Positions 49,305 through 61,169 of a stretch of DNA of 64,000 nucleotides are shown in pieces (position 1 is the first letter of the stretch; each line of letters starts with the position of its first letter). Location: the NCBI RefSeq assembly GCF_006345805.1, contig NC_043002.1, forward strand, positions 21,452,001 through 21,516,000. Direction: 5' to 3'. The DNA comes from Octopus sinensis (Eukaryota). The notes beneath the pieces were generated by a model, which was given only the letters and a program-made list of their open reading frames with translations, did not search any database and had not been told where the DNA came from. The translations under genes were made by a program, and so were the position numbers.

Positions 49305-49530
49305 GTATGCATATATATATATGTATATATATATATGTATGCATATATATGTATATATATATGTATGCATATATATGTATATATATATGTATGCATATAT
49401 ATGTATATATATATGTATGCATATATATGTATATATATATGTATGCATATATATGTATATATATATGTATGCATATATATGTATGTATAATGTATGCATA
49501 CATATATATGTATGCATATATATGTGTAGG
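49255..49530. repeat. (TA)n with periodic gtatgcat interruptions
   Basis: Direct reading. Confidence 0.95.
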
Positions 49531-49539
49531 TATGCATAT

Positions 49540-49915
49540 GGCAATATTAATAGCATGGCATTAGAACTCAGTATAGATATACTTCAGAATGAAGTATCAG
49601 TCGAGTACAGAGCAGTAATAAGAAATTAGAATGACAAAAGAATAAACAATTATGTTACGATCTTCATTAGCTTACAGCTGTTTCTGCTATAAGATACAAT
49701 GCACTTGTAGACTTATAGGTGAATGCATACATATATGTATATGTTTGTATGTATTATTAATAAAGCTGTAAAGACATCACAAAACTGTTACTCAGAGTTT
49801 CATGTTCCCGTTTGTTGGACAGTTTTGGTTGAACATATTACTCTACCTCTGGTATTTGAATACTATTTTTTTCCACGTTATTTCGCATTTATGTGCTTAC
49901 TCTGGTATACATACA
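49540..49915 (-). mobile_element. Penelope pLTR-like remnant with a half hammerhead
   Basis: Minus strand 49720-49661: CUAUAAG-loop-CUUAUAG CA GAAAC AGCU GUA agcuaaug. The CUGAUGA half is missing. Confidence 0.45.
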
Positions 49916-49918
49916 TAC

Positions 49919-50310
49919 ATCATCATCATCATCATCATTTAACATCCGTTTTCCATGCTAGCATGGATTGGACAGTTTGACTTGGGTCTGGGAAGCCAGG
50001 AGACTGCACCAGGCTCTAGTCTGATCTGGCAGTGTTTCTACAGCTGGATATCCTTCCTAACGCCAACCACTCCGTGAGTGTAGAGAGTGCTTTTTGTGTG
50101 CCACTGGCACAGGTGCCAGGGGAGGCTGGCAGCGGCAATGATTGATTGGTGCCTTTTACGTGCCCCCGGCACGGAAACCAATTAAAGGTGGCGCTGGCAC
50201 CGGCCACATTCGGAAGGTGCCATTTATGTGCCACAAGCACAGGTATCAGAACTACAATTTCCATTTGATTTTTATTTTGATGTTGATGTACTTGACTCAA
50301 TAGGTCTCAT
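49919..50310 (-). mobile_element. RTE-type LINE 3' end (family A)
   Basis: Conserved long family A 3' UTR. Confidence 0.85.
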
Positions 50311-50502
50311 ATATATATATATATATATATACATGCACACACACATACACACACACAGATAGATGTGTATATATGTATACATATATGCATAGGTTTGGTG
50401 ATGGAAACATGAAAATAGAACTGAAAACATGAGTGTATTTATGTCTTTTTATTAGTAATTGGCGGAAGTTACATCGTGATTCAAAAGATGAAAGTTTTGT
50501 GT

Positions 50503-50745
50503 GTTGGCACTTGTCAAAGTGGTTTCAAATCAAGGGGTCATATATACTTACACACCAGTGATAATGATATCTCCTTGCATTGTTCTGGAACAAATTATGA
50601 AAACAATTACATTTGTTCCAGGATAATTACATAGTTTTATAATTTTTTTTAATAATTTGTTCCAGAGCAATCCAGGGAAATGGCATTATCACCAGTAGAT
50701 AAGTATATGACCTCTTGACTTGAAACCAGTTTGATAAGTGCAAAC
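50503..50745. repeat. Diverged long inverted repeat, ~95-bp arms, ~53-bp spacer
   Basis: 50503-50598 versus the reverse complement of 50652-50745 gives about 80% identity by manual alignment. Confidence 0.9.
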
Positions 50746-50789
50746 TGACGGCTCTTAAGTCACTCTGTTTCTATGGCTGATTATTATAA

Positions 50790-50882
50790 AAAAAATGCAT
50801 ATATATATATATATATGTATTTGTGTGTTTGTGTGTATGTGTGTGTGTATAAATATAGATATAAATTGTGTGTGTGTGTTTG

Positions 50883-50914
<32 letters not shown>

Positions 50915-51160
50915 TATAAATATGTGTATATGTAGATAGATATAAATGTGTGTGTGTGTGTGCGTGTATATGTGTGTGTATATATATGCATATGTATGTT
51001 TGTGTATATATATGTGTGTGTATATATGTGTGTATGTATGTGTGTATGTGTATATGTGTATATATATATGTGTGTGTATGTATGTGTGTGTATGTATGTA
51101 TGTGTGTATATATGTGCATATGTAGATGTATATATATTAGCATGTGTGTGTGTGTGTATG
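50790..51160. repeat. Compound (TA)/(TG) microsatellite
   Basis: Direct reading. Confidence 0.95.
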
Positions 51161-51165
51161 TTCAG

Positions 51166-51269
51166 CAAACGCTGAAGCTCAAGACCTTGGCCTCAAGGTA
51201 TCCACCAGCCTAACGGCGGCACACCATCACCAGACTGGCTATTCAAATGGCCACACGAGGAGATTGGGG
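51166..51269 (+). CDS. Candidate internal coding exon of an unidentified gene (phase 1 in, phase 0 out)
   Basis: Acceptor tatgttcAG, donor GGG|GTGAGT. The sequence is GC-rich and unique, and only one frame is open: x-NAEAQDLGLKVSTSLTAAHHHQTGYSNGHTRRLG. Confidence 0.45.
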
Positions 51270-51411
51270 GTGAGTCTAGCTACTACAGAATGACACAAAT
51301 GACCTGTTCCCCTCTACAGCAGTTCAATTCTTCCATGCGGCACTGCTGCACATAGAGCAGTAGGTAGGAAGCATTGCCAGCCTGTTGCTGCAGCTATCAC
51401 CAATGCTGCTA

Positions 51412-51457
<46 letters not shown>

Positions 51458-51759
51458 TATATATCGATCTATTAGCCATTGCCAACAATACAATATAGTA
51501 CAAGAAGGTGGGTGGAAATTAAGGAAGCAGAAGTGGGGGGAGGGTGTTATATGGCAGCAGCAGCAGCAGTTGCAGCAGTCTAACTGTAACTGCAGCCGTC
51601 TAATCAGCTGTGTTAGTTTGATAGAGTAGTAAACTGTTATACTATTGTGTGTGTGTGTGTGGTAAGTCGGTACACTAGTGGCTTGTGTGTGTGCATCTGT
51701 ATAACTTGTTGGTTGGTAGGTTGGTTGGCTGGCTGGTTGGCTGGTTGCATTTGGGTATT

Positions 51760-52210
51760 TCCATTTTAAATGTGTGTGTATTCCTCTATATATATATGTG
51801 TGTATGTGTGTATTCCTCTATATATGTGTGTGTATTCCTCTATATGTGTGTGTGTGTGTGTGTATTCCTCTATATATATATATGTGTGTGTGTGTGTGTA
51901 TTCCTCTATATGTGTGTGTGTGTGTGTGTATTCCCCTCATCATCATCATCATCGTCGTTTAACGTCCGTTCTCCATGCTAGCATGGGTTGGACGGTTCGA
52001 CCGGGGTTCTGGGAAGCCAGAAGGCTGCACCAGGCTCCAGTCTAATCTGGCAATGTTTCTACAGCTGGATGCCCTTCCTAACGCCAACCACTCCGTGAGT
52101 GTAGTGGGTGCTTTTTACGTGCCAGTGTGTGTGTGTGTGTATTCCTCTATATATGTGTGTGTGTGTGTATTCCTCTATATATATGTGTGTGTGTGTATTC
52201 CTATGTATAT
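51760..52210. repeat. (TG)n-tattcctc-(TA)n compound minisatellite split by a family A insertion (51937-52125, minus)
   Basis: The same unit occurs on both sides of the insertion. Confidence 0.9.
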
Positions 52211-53224
52211 ATTCCTCTGTATGTGGAGACGGGTGTCTGCTTCACCCTTTCTCTTTCTCTCTGTGTGTTTGACTGTCTGTCTGTCCCTTCTGTGTGTATG
52301 TATCTCTTTCTCTATCACAATGTATGACATATATGTATATGTGTGTGTGTGTGTCTCGAGGCACACCTCTTTCTGTTCCAATGTATGTTTGTTCTTTGTT
52401 CTTTTGTATTGTTTGTGTTGTGTGTGTGAGTGTGTGAGTCTCTTTCTTCACCTCTCTCCTGCATCTTAGCATATATATATATATATGTGTGTGTATGTAT
52501 ATGCGTGAACATTTTCCTCCGTTTCTCTCTTCCTCTTTCTCTCATTTTCTTATGATGGGGGATGGAAGCAGTTGAAGATAGATGGTTTCTTTCTCAGGTG
52601 TGAATGCATCTCTTATGGTCCTCTCGAAAACCCATCACTGGTTGGATGCTGCTGCTCCACAGATCAGTGAAGTGGTACAGACGCACAAATTTATTTTAGG
52701 TTGGTTTGAATGCTTATTTTCAGCTCTTGAGTTCAAATGGTGATGAGGCATCAACTCCACTTTTAAAATTTTTTCGCATTCAATTGATTATATGGCCATT
52801 TTTCAGTTTGGCATCATCATGATTGTCCTTGTTATTATCACTTCCATTCTTGCCATCATGATAATCATCGTCATTTTTATGTACTTATCCATCTCATCAT
52901 TGCAATCATCATCATTCTGTCCATCATTCTTCTTCTCCTTACCATCTTCATTTCAACATCTATTTTTCCATGATGTCGTGTGGGTTGGATGGGTCTGCAG
53001 TACTATATATTATTATTATTACTATTTGTCTTGTTCTTGTATCAACATCATGAGATCTAGTCTTGTCTGTTTTTTTTTCTGCATGTCTTCATTGGTCTTT
53101 CTCTTTCATGTTTATCTTCTTTTGTCAGCATCAACGTTTTCCCATCCCACCCCCAATATCGATTCCCATCCCATCTCCGTAAGCAGCACATTTGTCTCTC
53201 TTGTGTACATCAGGTGATGCTTTT

Positions 53225-53810
53225 AATACTCTGCAGCATATTCAGCTCACACATTGGAAAATGCTGTTGGCTTGCCTGGAGGTCGATGTTGCATTCCAAC
53301 AAAGTAAAACTTGAATTAAAAAGACTAAGTTTACTCTTCAGAGCCAGAAAATATTTCAGTACTGGACACCTATTATCTGTCTACAAAACTCAGTTACACC
53401 CACATCGAGGTGTTACACCCACGTTGAGGACAGTGCTGCTTTTATCTACACAGATGTTCTAGACCACATAAAACAAGAAGAAAAGAAAAGAAAGCTATTG
53501 ACTGATTAGGATGAAGTTACCATCACACCCCAACTCCTGGCCCACAGACACTGTTTACTCTTGCTGCTTTTTCTACTACCACTCACTATAGTAGGTTTTA
53601 CCCCATCAGAGCTAATTGATTTCATGTTACCTTCATCCAGACAGTCATCTCTCTTCTTTCTATCACCCATATTCTATCTCTTTAGGTTCTTCACTAGCAA
53701 CTTTACTCTGTCCTTTCCACTTGCTTTCTGGAATCCTGTCTTTGCACATGTTATTCCTGTAGCTCTCAACTTTCTGCTGTTCAAGAGGAATATTAACTGC
53801 ATTGATCTTA
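53225..53810 (+). pseudogene. Decayed non-LTR retrotransposon ORF2 3' end (Jockey/CR1-group-like)
   Basis: KRLSLLFRARKYFSTGHLLSVYKTQLHP (cf. LYKSQIRP.LEYC), then LLLFYYH..SELI..HPYSI..FKRNIN.IDL. Frameshifted. Confidence 0.7.
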
Positions 53811-54202
53811 TTGGTCTTGGAGGACTTATGAAAATAAATGTAAACTTTTTCATCCAGCATCATCATTATTTAGTGTTCATGTTCCATGCTGGCATGGATT
53901 GGATCTCATGGGCCCGAAATCTCCAGTGTCTGCTTTGGCATGGTTTCTGTGGCTGAATGCCCTTCCTAGTGCCAACAAGAATGAACTGAGTGCTTTTTAC
54001 GTGCCACCAGCACCAGCGAGGCTGTCTTGTAGTTTGAACCCGGGAGTGAGGGTCAGTTTTATGCTAGTAGATGAGGAAAAAGAAGAAAATCCACTCCTGC
54101 TCCAGCCTTTGCTGAGCTGCCACATTTTCTATGATAAAACATCACACTTCTTATAGTTTGTTTCATACTGCATCTCTTACACAAAGATAGATAGAGAAGG
54201 AA

Positions 54203-54248
<46 letters not shown>

Positions 54249-55149
54249 TGAGAGAAATCGTTCTTCATTATCGTTTAACCCAGATCATCCTTGATCCTGT
54301 TGCCTTATAATTAAATGGCCATCCTATCTTTCTATTCAAATAGTTTATCTTGGACTACATTAAGCAATGTATTTTCATTTTAAGGCAGTGGAATATGATT
54401 TGACTGCTATTCTAGCAGATTAAGTGACCATGAAGGCTTCTTTCATTTACTCAAGAAAGCTCTTTGTTGCTTACAGGGTTATCAGCTCTTTGAACTTTTC
54501 TACTCTGTCTTATCGTAACTACTATACCAATCAGGTTTCTTGATAAGGTTACCCAAGTGACAGTAACTATAATACATCACAGTTGGTCTTCCTGAACTGT
54601 TTATGGACTTGCTTTTATGTGCATTCTTATTGCTAATTACTGTGCATCTATTACATTTCAAGTCCTTCTTCCGTAACAATCTGCCAGTGTTTCCACTGTA
54701 TCTAAGGTAGTGCAGTACAGAAAGTAGTAGAACATCACATTAAATGCATGTCTGAATTTAGTTGTCTCACTCAGTTCTCAGTTTGAATTCTGCTTGAGTT
54801 AAATTTGATTGTTGTTGTTTTGGGTGGTGGTGGTCATGAAATAAAATATCAGCAAAGGACCAACTGTGGAGGCGCGTGGCTTAGTGGTTAGGATGTCAGC
54901 ATCATGATTGTAAGATTGTAAGCCTGGCTAGGCTTTAAAAGGGCACAAAAAAAAAGGACCAACTGAATATACTTACAACCCTTCATCAAAATATGAGCTT
55001 TATGAAGGAGATGACAAAGGACTGAGATATCTGGTGTCTTGCTCTAAGAAGACTCACCCACCATAGCAGAATGGATATCCACCACCTTGGTTAATGCTCT
55101 TCTGCCAGTGGAAGATGTTTTAGCTTTGTAAGTTACTCAGTGATCCTGT

Positions 55150-55335
55150 TGGTGCTGATGCCATTGTAAAAAGCAACTGTACTGGTGCCATGTAAAAAGC
55201 ACCCAGTAAACTCTGTAAAGTGGTTGCTGTTAGGAAGGGTATCCAGCTGTAGAAACCAAGTCAAAACATGCAACTGGGACCTTACCAGCTCTTGTCAAAC
55301 TGTCCAACCTATGCTAGCATGGGAAACAAACATTA
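55150..55335 (+). mobile_element. RTE-type LINE 3' end (family A)
   Basis: Family A end, inverted relative to the 55517 copy. Confidence 0.75.
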
Positions 55336-55516
55336 AATTATTATTATGATGATGGTTTTTACTTGCTGGTTCTGGAAGAAGGGTCAGTGCCGGTAGTGTT
55401 TGTGTCGGCCCTCCTACACTGGTGAGATTGATACCATTAACATTTTTCACTACCATATTTCATTTAACAATTTTTATTTTAATTTCATTCAGAAAATTGT
55501 GAGGAACTTAGTGAAA

Positions 55517-55702
55517 CATCATCATCATTGTTTAATGTCCGCTTTCCATGCTAGCATGGGTTGGATGATTTGACTGAGGACTGGCGAACCAGAAGGCTGT
55601 ACCAGGCTCCAATCTGATCTGGCAGAGTTTCTACAGCTGGATGCTCTTCCTAGTGCCAACCACTCCGAGACTGTAGTGGGTGCTTTTATGTGCCACCAGC
55701 AG
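55517..55702 (-). mobile_element. RTE-type LINE 3' end (family A)
   Basis: Conserved family A sequence. Confidence 0.85.
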
Positions 55703-56104
55703 TCATAATTAAATCAATGTTTAGAACATAAATTAACATGGTTCAGGTATGGCTGTCTGGTTAAGAAGCTCACTTTTCAACTGTGTTGTTTCAGGTTCAA
55801 TCTCACTGTGCAGCACCTTGGGCAAGTGTCTTCAATGATAGCCCCAGGCTGACTAATGATTTGTGAGTGAATCTGATAAATGGAAACTGTGATGAAGCCT
55901 TCTGTGTGTGTGTGTGTGTGTGTGCGTATGTGTGTGTCCCACCTATGCTTCATCTTTATTTTTTATATTTTACTTGTTTCTCTCTTTGGACTACAGCCAA
56001 ACTGAGGAATATCTCAAAAAGTTTAGTTATACAAATCAGCCCCAATACTTATTTTTTTAAAGTCTGGTACTTATTCTGTCAGTCTCTTTTATATATATTG
56101 TTAC

Positions 56105-56377
56105 CAGCATAGCATTATTGGCACCAGTGGTGGTGGCATGTGTAAAATGATTTGAGCAAGGTTGTTGCCAGTACTGCCTGAGTGACCCTCGTGCCGATGG
56201 CACGTAAAAGCACCCACTACACTCTCTAAGTGGTTGGCGTTATGCAGGGCATCTAGCTGTAGAAACTCTGCCAGATCAAGATTGGAGCCTGGTGCAACCA
56301 TCTGGTCTGCCAGCCCTCAGTCAAATCGTCCACCCCATGCTAGCATGGGAAGTGGATGTTAAACGATGATGATGATG

Positions 56378-56380
<3 letters not shown>
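56105..56380 (+). mobile_element. RTE-type LINE 3' end (family A)
   Basis: Conserved family A sequence with gatgat tail. Confidence 0.85.
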
Positions 56381-56418
<38 letters not shown>

Positions 56419-56719
56419 ACAGGCTTCTTTCAGTTTCCGTCTACCAAGCTTTGATTACCTTGAGGCTGTAGTAGAAGACACATGCCCAAGGTGTCACACA
56501 GTGAGACTGAACCTAGAACCATGTGGTTGGGAAGCAAGCTTCTTACCACACAACCATGCCTGCACCTATAATAAGATTTTTTAAAAGTCAAATGGCTAGG
56601 AGGGTCTACCTGAGTAAAATAGGAATCAAAGGGTCCATAGGTGAAAAAAAAATGGTTGAGAAGCACTGTTTTAAGTGTTTCATATATTTGTTGAGTAGAG
56701 TATGTGAATCGTAAAATTT

Positions 56720-57100
56720 TGTTGGATTATGAGAGTGTTTCCTGTGTGCTGTGTGAGTTGTGTTTTAATATCAGATAGTGGTTGCATAGAACATGTGTAG
56801 CATAGATTATGTTATTATATTGGATCACAACTGAGCAGTATGTGGCTTGTCGATGTTATTATAGCATCATGTATCGATTATGTAGGAATATGTCCTTGTG
56901 TTATTTTATTGGGTGTTGATTGTATAAAGTGTACACTAATGGGTTGCGTTATAGTATTGGGTGGTGACAGTATTGAGAATATGTTACATGAGCTGTACAG
57001 AGACTCCTGCTTACATTGCATTATTGCGATGAAAGATTTGGGCAATGCAATGGTTGGATTATTGGAGCATCAGAAAAATTTTTCACAGAATTTATTCTGA
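56720..57100 (-). pseudogene. Decayed Penelope-like linker/GIY-YIG fragment
   Basis: Minus frames give FSDAPIIQPLHCPNL (cf. F..PP.IA.R...NL) and NNIIYATHVLCNHYL (cf. NLIY.I.C..C...YI). Confidence 0.45.
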
Positions 57101-57276
57101 CATTTTAGGTTCTGAGTTCAAATCCTGGTGATGTCAAATTTGCTTTTTACTCTTCTGGGTTCAATAAAATAAAATACCAGCCAAATACTGAGGTTCTCCA
57201 CTCTCCACTAAAAAGTAGATCAAGTACTGAGAATTAGAATTTTGTTGAAAGTTTATTGTAATAGCAATTTTGTGTT

Positions 57277-57507
57277 TTAACCCTTTTGGTACCAATCTGG
57301 CTGAAACCACCTCTGGCTCTGTAGTACAAATGTCTTGTTTTTCCTAAGCTTTGAATAAAAATCTTCCACCAAACATTAGTCACAATTTATGTTCCTAACA
57401 CCAGTTTAATGATAACTAAGTTATTTTACTAAATTCTTTGTTATATTTAAAATTTATTGAAAGAAACACAGAACATCTCAACATAAATACAGCAACAAAA
57501 GGGTTAA
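57277..57507. mobile_element. piggyBac-like MITE
   Basis: TTAA-CCCTTTTG ... CAAAAGGG-TTAA termini. Confidence 0.85.
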
Positions 57508-57690
57508 AAGAATCAGGTATTTTCTGATTGACAGTATTTTCCTTGGGATGTGGGCATTACCCAAGGGACCAATATTTTTGTAGTTCTGATAGTTTTAGGT
57601 TTTCTGGTATTTAGAATAGTGTTTAAAAGTGTCAGTTTGTATTCTCCCTAAAGCTCTGGATGTTCACAGATCATTCTTTGTGACTTGTAT
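57508..57690 (-). pseudogene. R4/Dong-type LINE C-terminus (restriction-like endonuclease end)
   Basis: Minus frames give IRALGRI..., ELQK and LGNAHIPRKILSI (cf. IGALG...LQK..LLGTAHILRK.L). Confidence 0.7.
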
Positions 57691-57699
57691 TTCAGGGTG

Positions 57700-58833
57700 A
57701 CCTGGCTGAATCCTTAGCACACTGGGTACAATGCTTAGTGGCATTTCTCCTGGCATTATGTTCTAACTTCAAATTGTGCTGAGAATTTACCATTCATCAT
57801 TTTGGGGTTGATGAAATAAGTAGCAGCTAAGTGCTGGGGTAAATGTAATTGACTTTCCCACTTCCCTAAGATTGCTGGCCTAGTGGCAAAAATTTGAAAC
57901 CATAACGGCAAGCTGGCAGAATCTTTAGCATGCTGGGCAAAATGCGTAGCAGTCTTTTGCCTGTCTTTACGTTCTGAGTTCAAATTCTGCCAAGGTTGAC
58001 TTTTCCTTTCATCCTTTCAGGGTCGATAAAATTAGTACCAGTTGAACACTGGGGTCATTGTAATCAACTCATCCCCTACCACAAGACTACTTCCCTTGTG
58101 ACAAAATTTGAAACCATTGAGCTGGCAGAATGATTGGCACACCAGGCAAAATGCTTGGTGACATCCCTTCTGTCTTTATGCTCTGAGTTCAAATTTTGCT
58201 TTTCATCCTTTTGGTGTTGATAAAATAAGTACCAGTAAAACACTGGGGTTAGTATGATTGACTAGCCCCTCTCCCAGAGTTTCAGGCCTTGTGCCCTAAG
58301 TAGAAAGGATTTTTAATATTGGAGGTGTGTGGCTCAGTGGTTAGAGCTTACAATCGTGAGGTTGTGACTCCGATTCCTGGATTGGGTTGTGTGTTCTTGA
58401 GCATGACACTTTGTTTCATGTTGTTCCAGTTTGCTCAGCTGTAGAGATGAGTTGTGATGTCACTGGTGCCAAGCTGTATTGATCTTTGCCTTTCCCTTGG
58501 ATAACATTGGTGGGGTGGAGAGGAGAGGCTGGTATGCATGGGTGACAGCTGGTCTTCAACAAACAACCTTGCCTGGACTTGTACCTTGGAAGGGAACTTT
58601 CTAGGTGCAATTCCATGGCCATTTGTGACCAAAGAGGATTTTGATATTTTTATATTATTATTGTCATTGTTATTATTATTAGGTGGCGGGCTGCATTCTG
58701 AGTGCAAATTCTGTCAAGGTTGACTTTGCTTTTCATCCTTTTGAGGTCAATAAAGTACCAGTTACGCACTGGTGTTGATGTGATCAACTAGTTCCCTCTC
58801 CCAAAATGTCTTTAATAGAAAGGATTATTATTA

Positions 58834-58866
<33 letters not shown>

Positions 58867-60870
58867 GATATTATTAGTCATGCACTAAGGTTGATTCAAT
58901 CAACAGTACCACTTCACTCAAATTGGTGTAGCCATGTGGACTTAAATATAAAATGACCATTATTACTATAGAAAAGCTTATAATTATTACAGTTGTTTTT
59001 GTTGCTTTTCCCTTACTAAACTCTGACATTCAAAATTATTCAAACCAATAAATGCATGCATTCTTCCACATGTGTGTGTCTGTTTCTTTACACATATTTG
59101 TGTACACACACACATACACACATGCGCACATGCACACAGCTCTCTCAGTTTCCATGTTCTCTTTCTGTCCTAATGAATCAAATTGTTAATTTTCCTATGA
59201 TTTGTATTTCCTTTTCACTACATCTGCATTAGGATAATTTAGTGAATGACTCAGGGACTGCATTGCTTCATTGAATTAATTGCAGAAACGAAAATATTAA
59301 TGTTACTATTATGATTGTTATGATGATGGTTGTGGATTGCCGGAAATGGTTGAACAAAATACTAAATGCTTTGCAAGTTTTTCTTATGCCTTTCAGTGTT
59401 ATTGAGTTCAAATCCCGCTGGGTCAGTTTGGCCTTTTATCCTTCCTAGGTCAATGAAATAAGTACCAATCAAGTACTGGGGTTGATGTAATTGGCCCTGA
59501 CCCATCCTTTAAAATGTGGTGAAGTTAGAAAAATGAATTCTTCATCTTTTCCTCCTCCTGTATTGCTATGAATGATGAGTGATTAAGTCCACTTGCTGAG
59601 GTCAACTTTATCTCCAGTTCTTTTGAGGTTAATATAAGGAGTGATAGCTAAATACTAGGCATCAACTAAACCCTTCCACTGCAAAACTACTGGTCTTGTA
59701 TCTCAGCCAGAAACAATTATCATTATCATTATTATTAATATTATTATTATTATGCAAGTTGGTAGAATCGTTAGCATGCTGGACGAAATGTTTAGCAGTA
59801 TTTCACCCATTGCTATGTTTTGAGTTCAAATTCCATCACGGTTGACTTTACCTTTCATCCTTTTGGCGTTGACAAAATAAGTACCAGTTGAACATTGGAG
59901 TCGATGTAATTGACTCATCCGCTACCCCAAAATTGCTGCCCTTGTGGCAAAATTTAAAACCATTATTATTATTATTATTATTATTATTAACATGCTGGGC
60001 AAAATGCTTAATAGTACTTTGTCCACCTTTATGTTCTGAGTTCAAATTTTGTTGAGGTCCATTTTACCATTCATCCTTCTGGGGTTGATAAAATAAGTAC
60101 CAGTTGAATACTGGGGTCAATGTAATCGACTTAAGCCCTTCCTGGAATTGCTTGTTTTGTGCCAAAATTTGAAATTATCTTCATCTTTATTTCTTTGTTC
60201 TGAGTTCAAATCCTACCAAGGTTGACTTTGCCTTTCATCCTTTTAAGGGTTGATAAAATAAATGCCACTTGAGCAATGGGATTGATGTAATCAACTTAAC
60301 CCCCATCCCTGAACTTGTTGGCCTTCTGCCAAGATTTGAAATCATTATTACTTCTGCCTTCACAAAGGTGGAGGTATAGTTTTCAGTCATGTTTGTTTGT
60401 CAAATTGTCAAATTTAGAAAAATCATTATCTTCATCAAAATCATTATTTTTAGTAAACAGTGAACTGGCAAAATTGTTACTGTGCCAGACAACATGCTTG
60501 GTGACATTTTATCTGCTTTTACATTCTGTGTTCAAATCCTGCCAAAGTTGACTTTGGTATTTTTTCAACCCCAAAGGAGTGAAGGGCACTGGAGTCAATG
60601 TAACCAACTGTTCCCCTCCTACAAAATTTCAGACCCTTTGTGCCTTTAGTAGAAAGAATTATTATTAAGGGCATTGGAATGGCAGAATTAGTAAAGGGAC
60701 AAGTAGTATTTAATTACATCCTTTAAAATTCTGAGTTCATCACACTAGGTTCAGCCTTCTCTTTAATTTTTCCTGGAGTGTGATAAAATAAGTATTAGTG
60801 AAATTCTTGCTCCAATAATTGACTGAACCCCTTCCCTCAAACTTGTGACCTCATGTCTATACTAAAGGTA
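57700..60870 (+). mobile_element. Cluster of ~10 co-oriented older family B SINEs plus one family C copy
   Basis: B-box-like gagttcaaat variants occur at ~57765, 57974, 58183, 58698, 59403, 59822, 60036, 60200, 60526 and 60731 (plus 57113), often separated by (ATT)n. Confidence 0.85.
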
Positions 60871-61169
60871 ATCATTATGAATTGTTAATCAAGATTAAGG
60901 AGAGCAGCACACTTGACTCTTGTGCCCTCTTTTATTTTGATGGGACTGATGATGCTGATGCCCAGCTTAAAATTTTGTAATTAAAGAATTAGACAGGTGG
61001 TTAACAGATTTTGGGAAGAAGAATAGAGTAGATGTGTAAATGTGGGATCCATTGGGGTGGGGAGGCATAGCGAGACTGATAAGATGGAGAGAAATAAACA
61101 TGCAAAAACAGTGAAGAGGCCCCTGTTTATGGGCTGTGACATATTGGCAATAATCTGTGATAAACTGTG

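Noticed and set aside
52598-52674. Acceptor tttctttctcAG followed by an open frame
   Set aside because: The donor is weak (gtacag), and the phase-0 frame needed after the 51166 exon hits a stop at the second codon.
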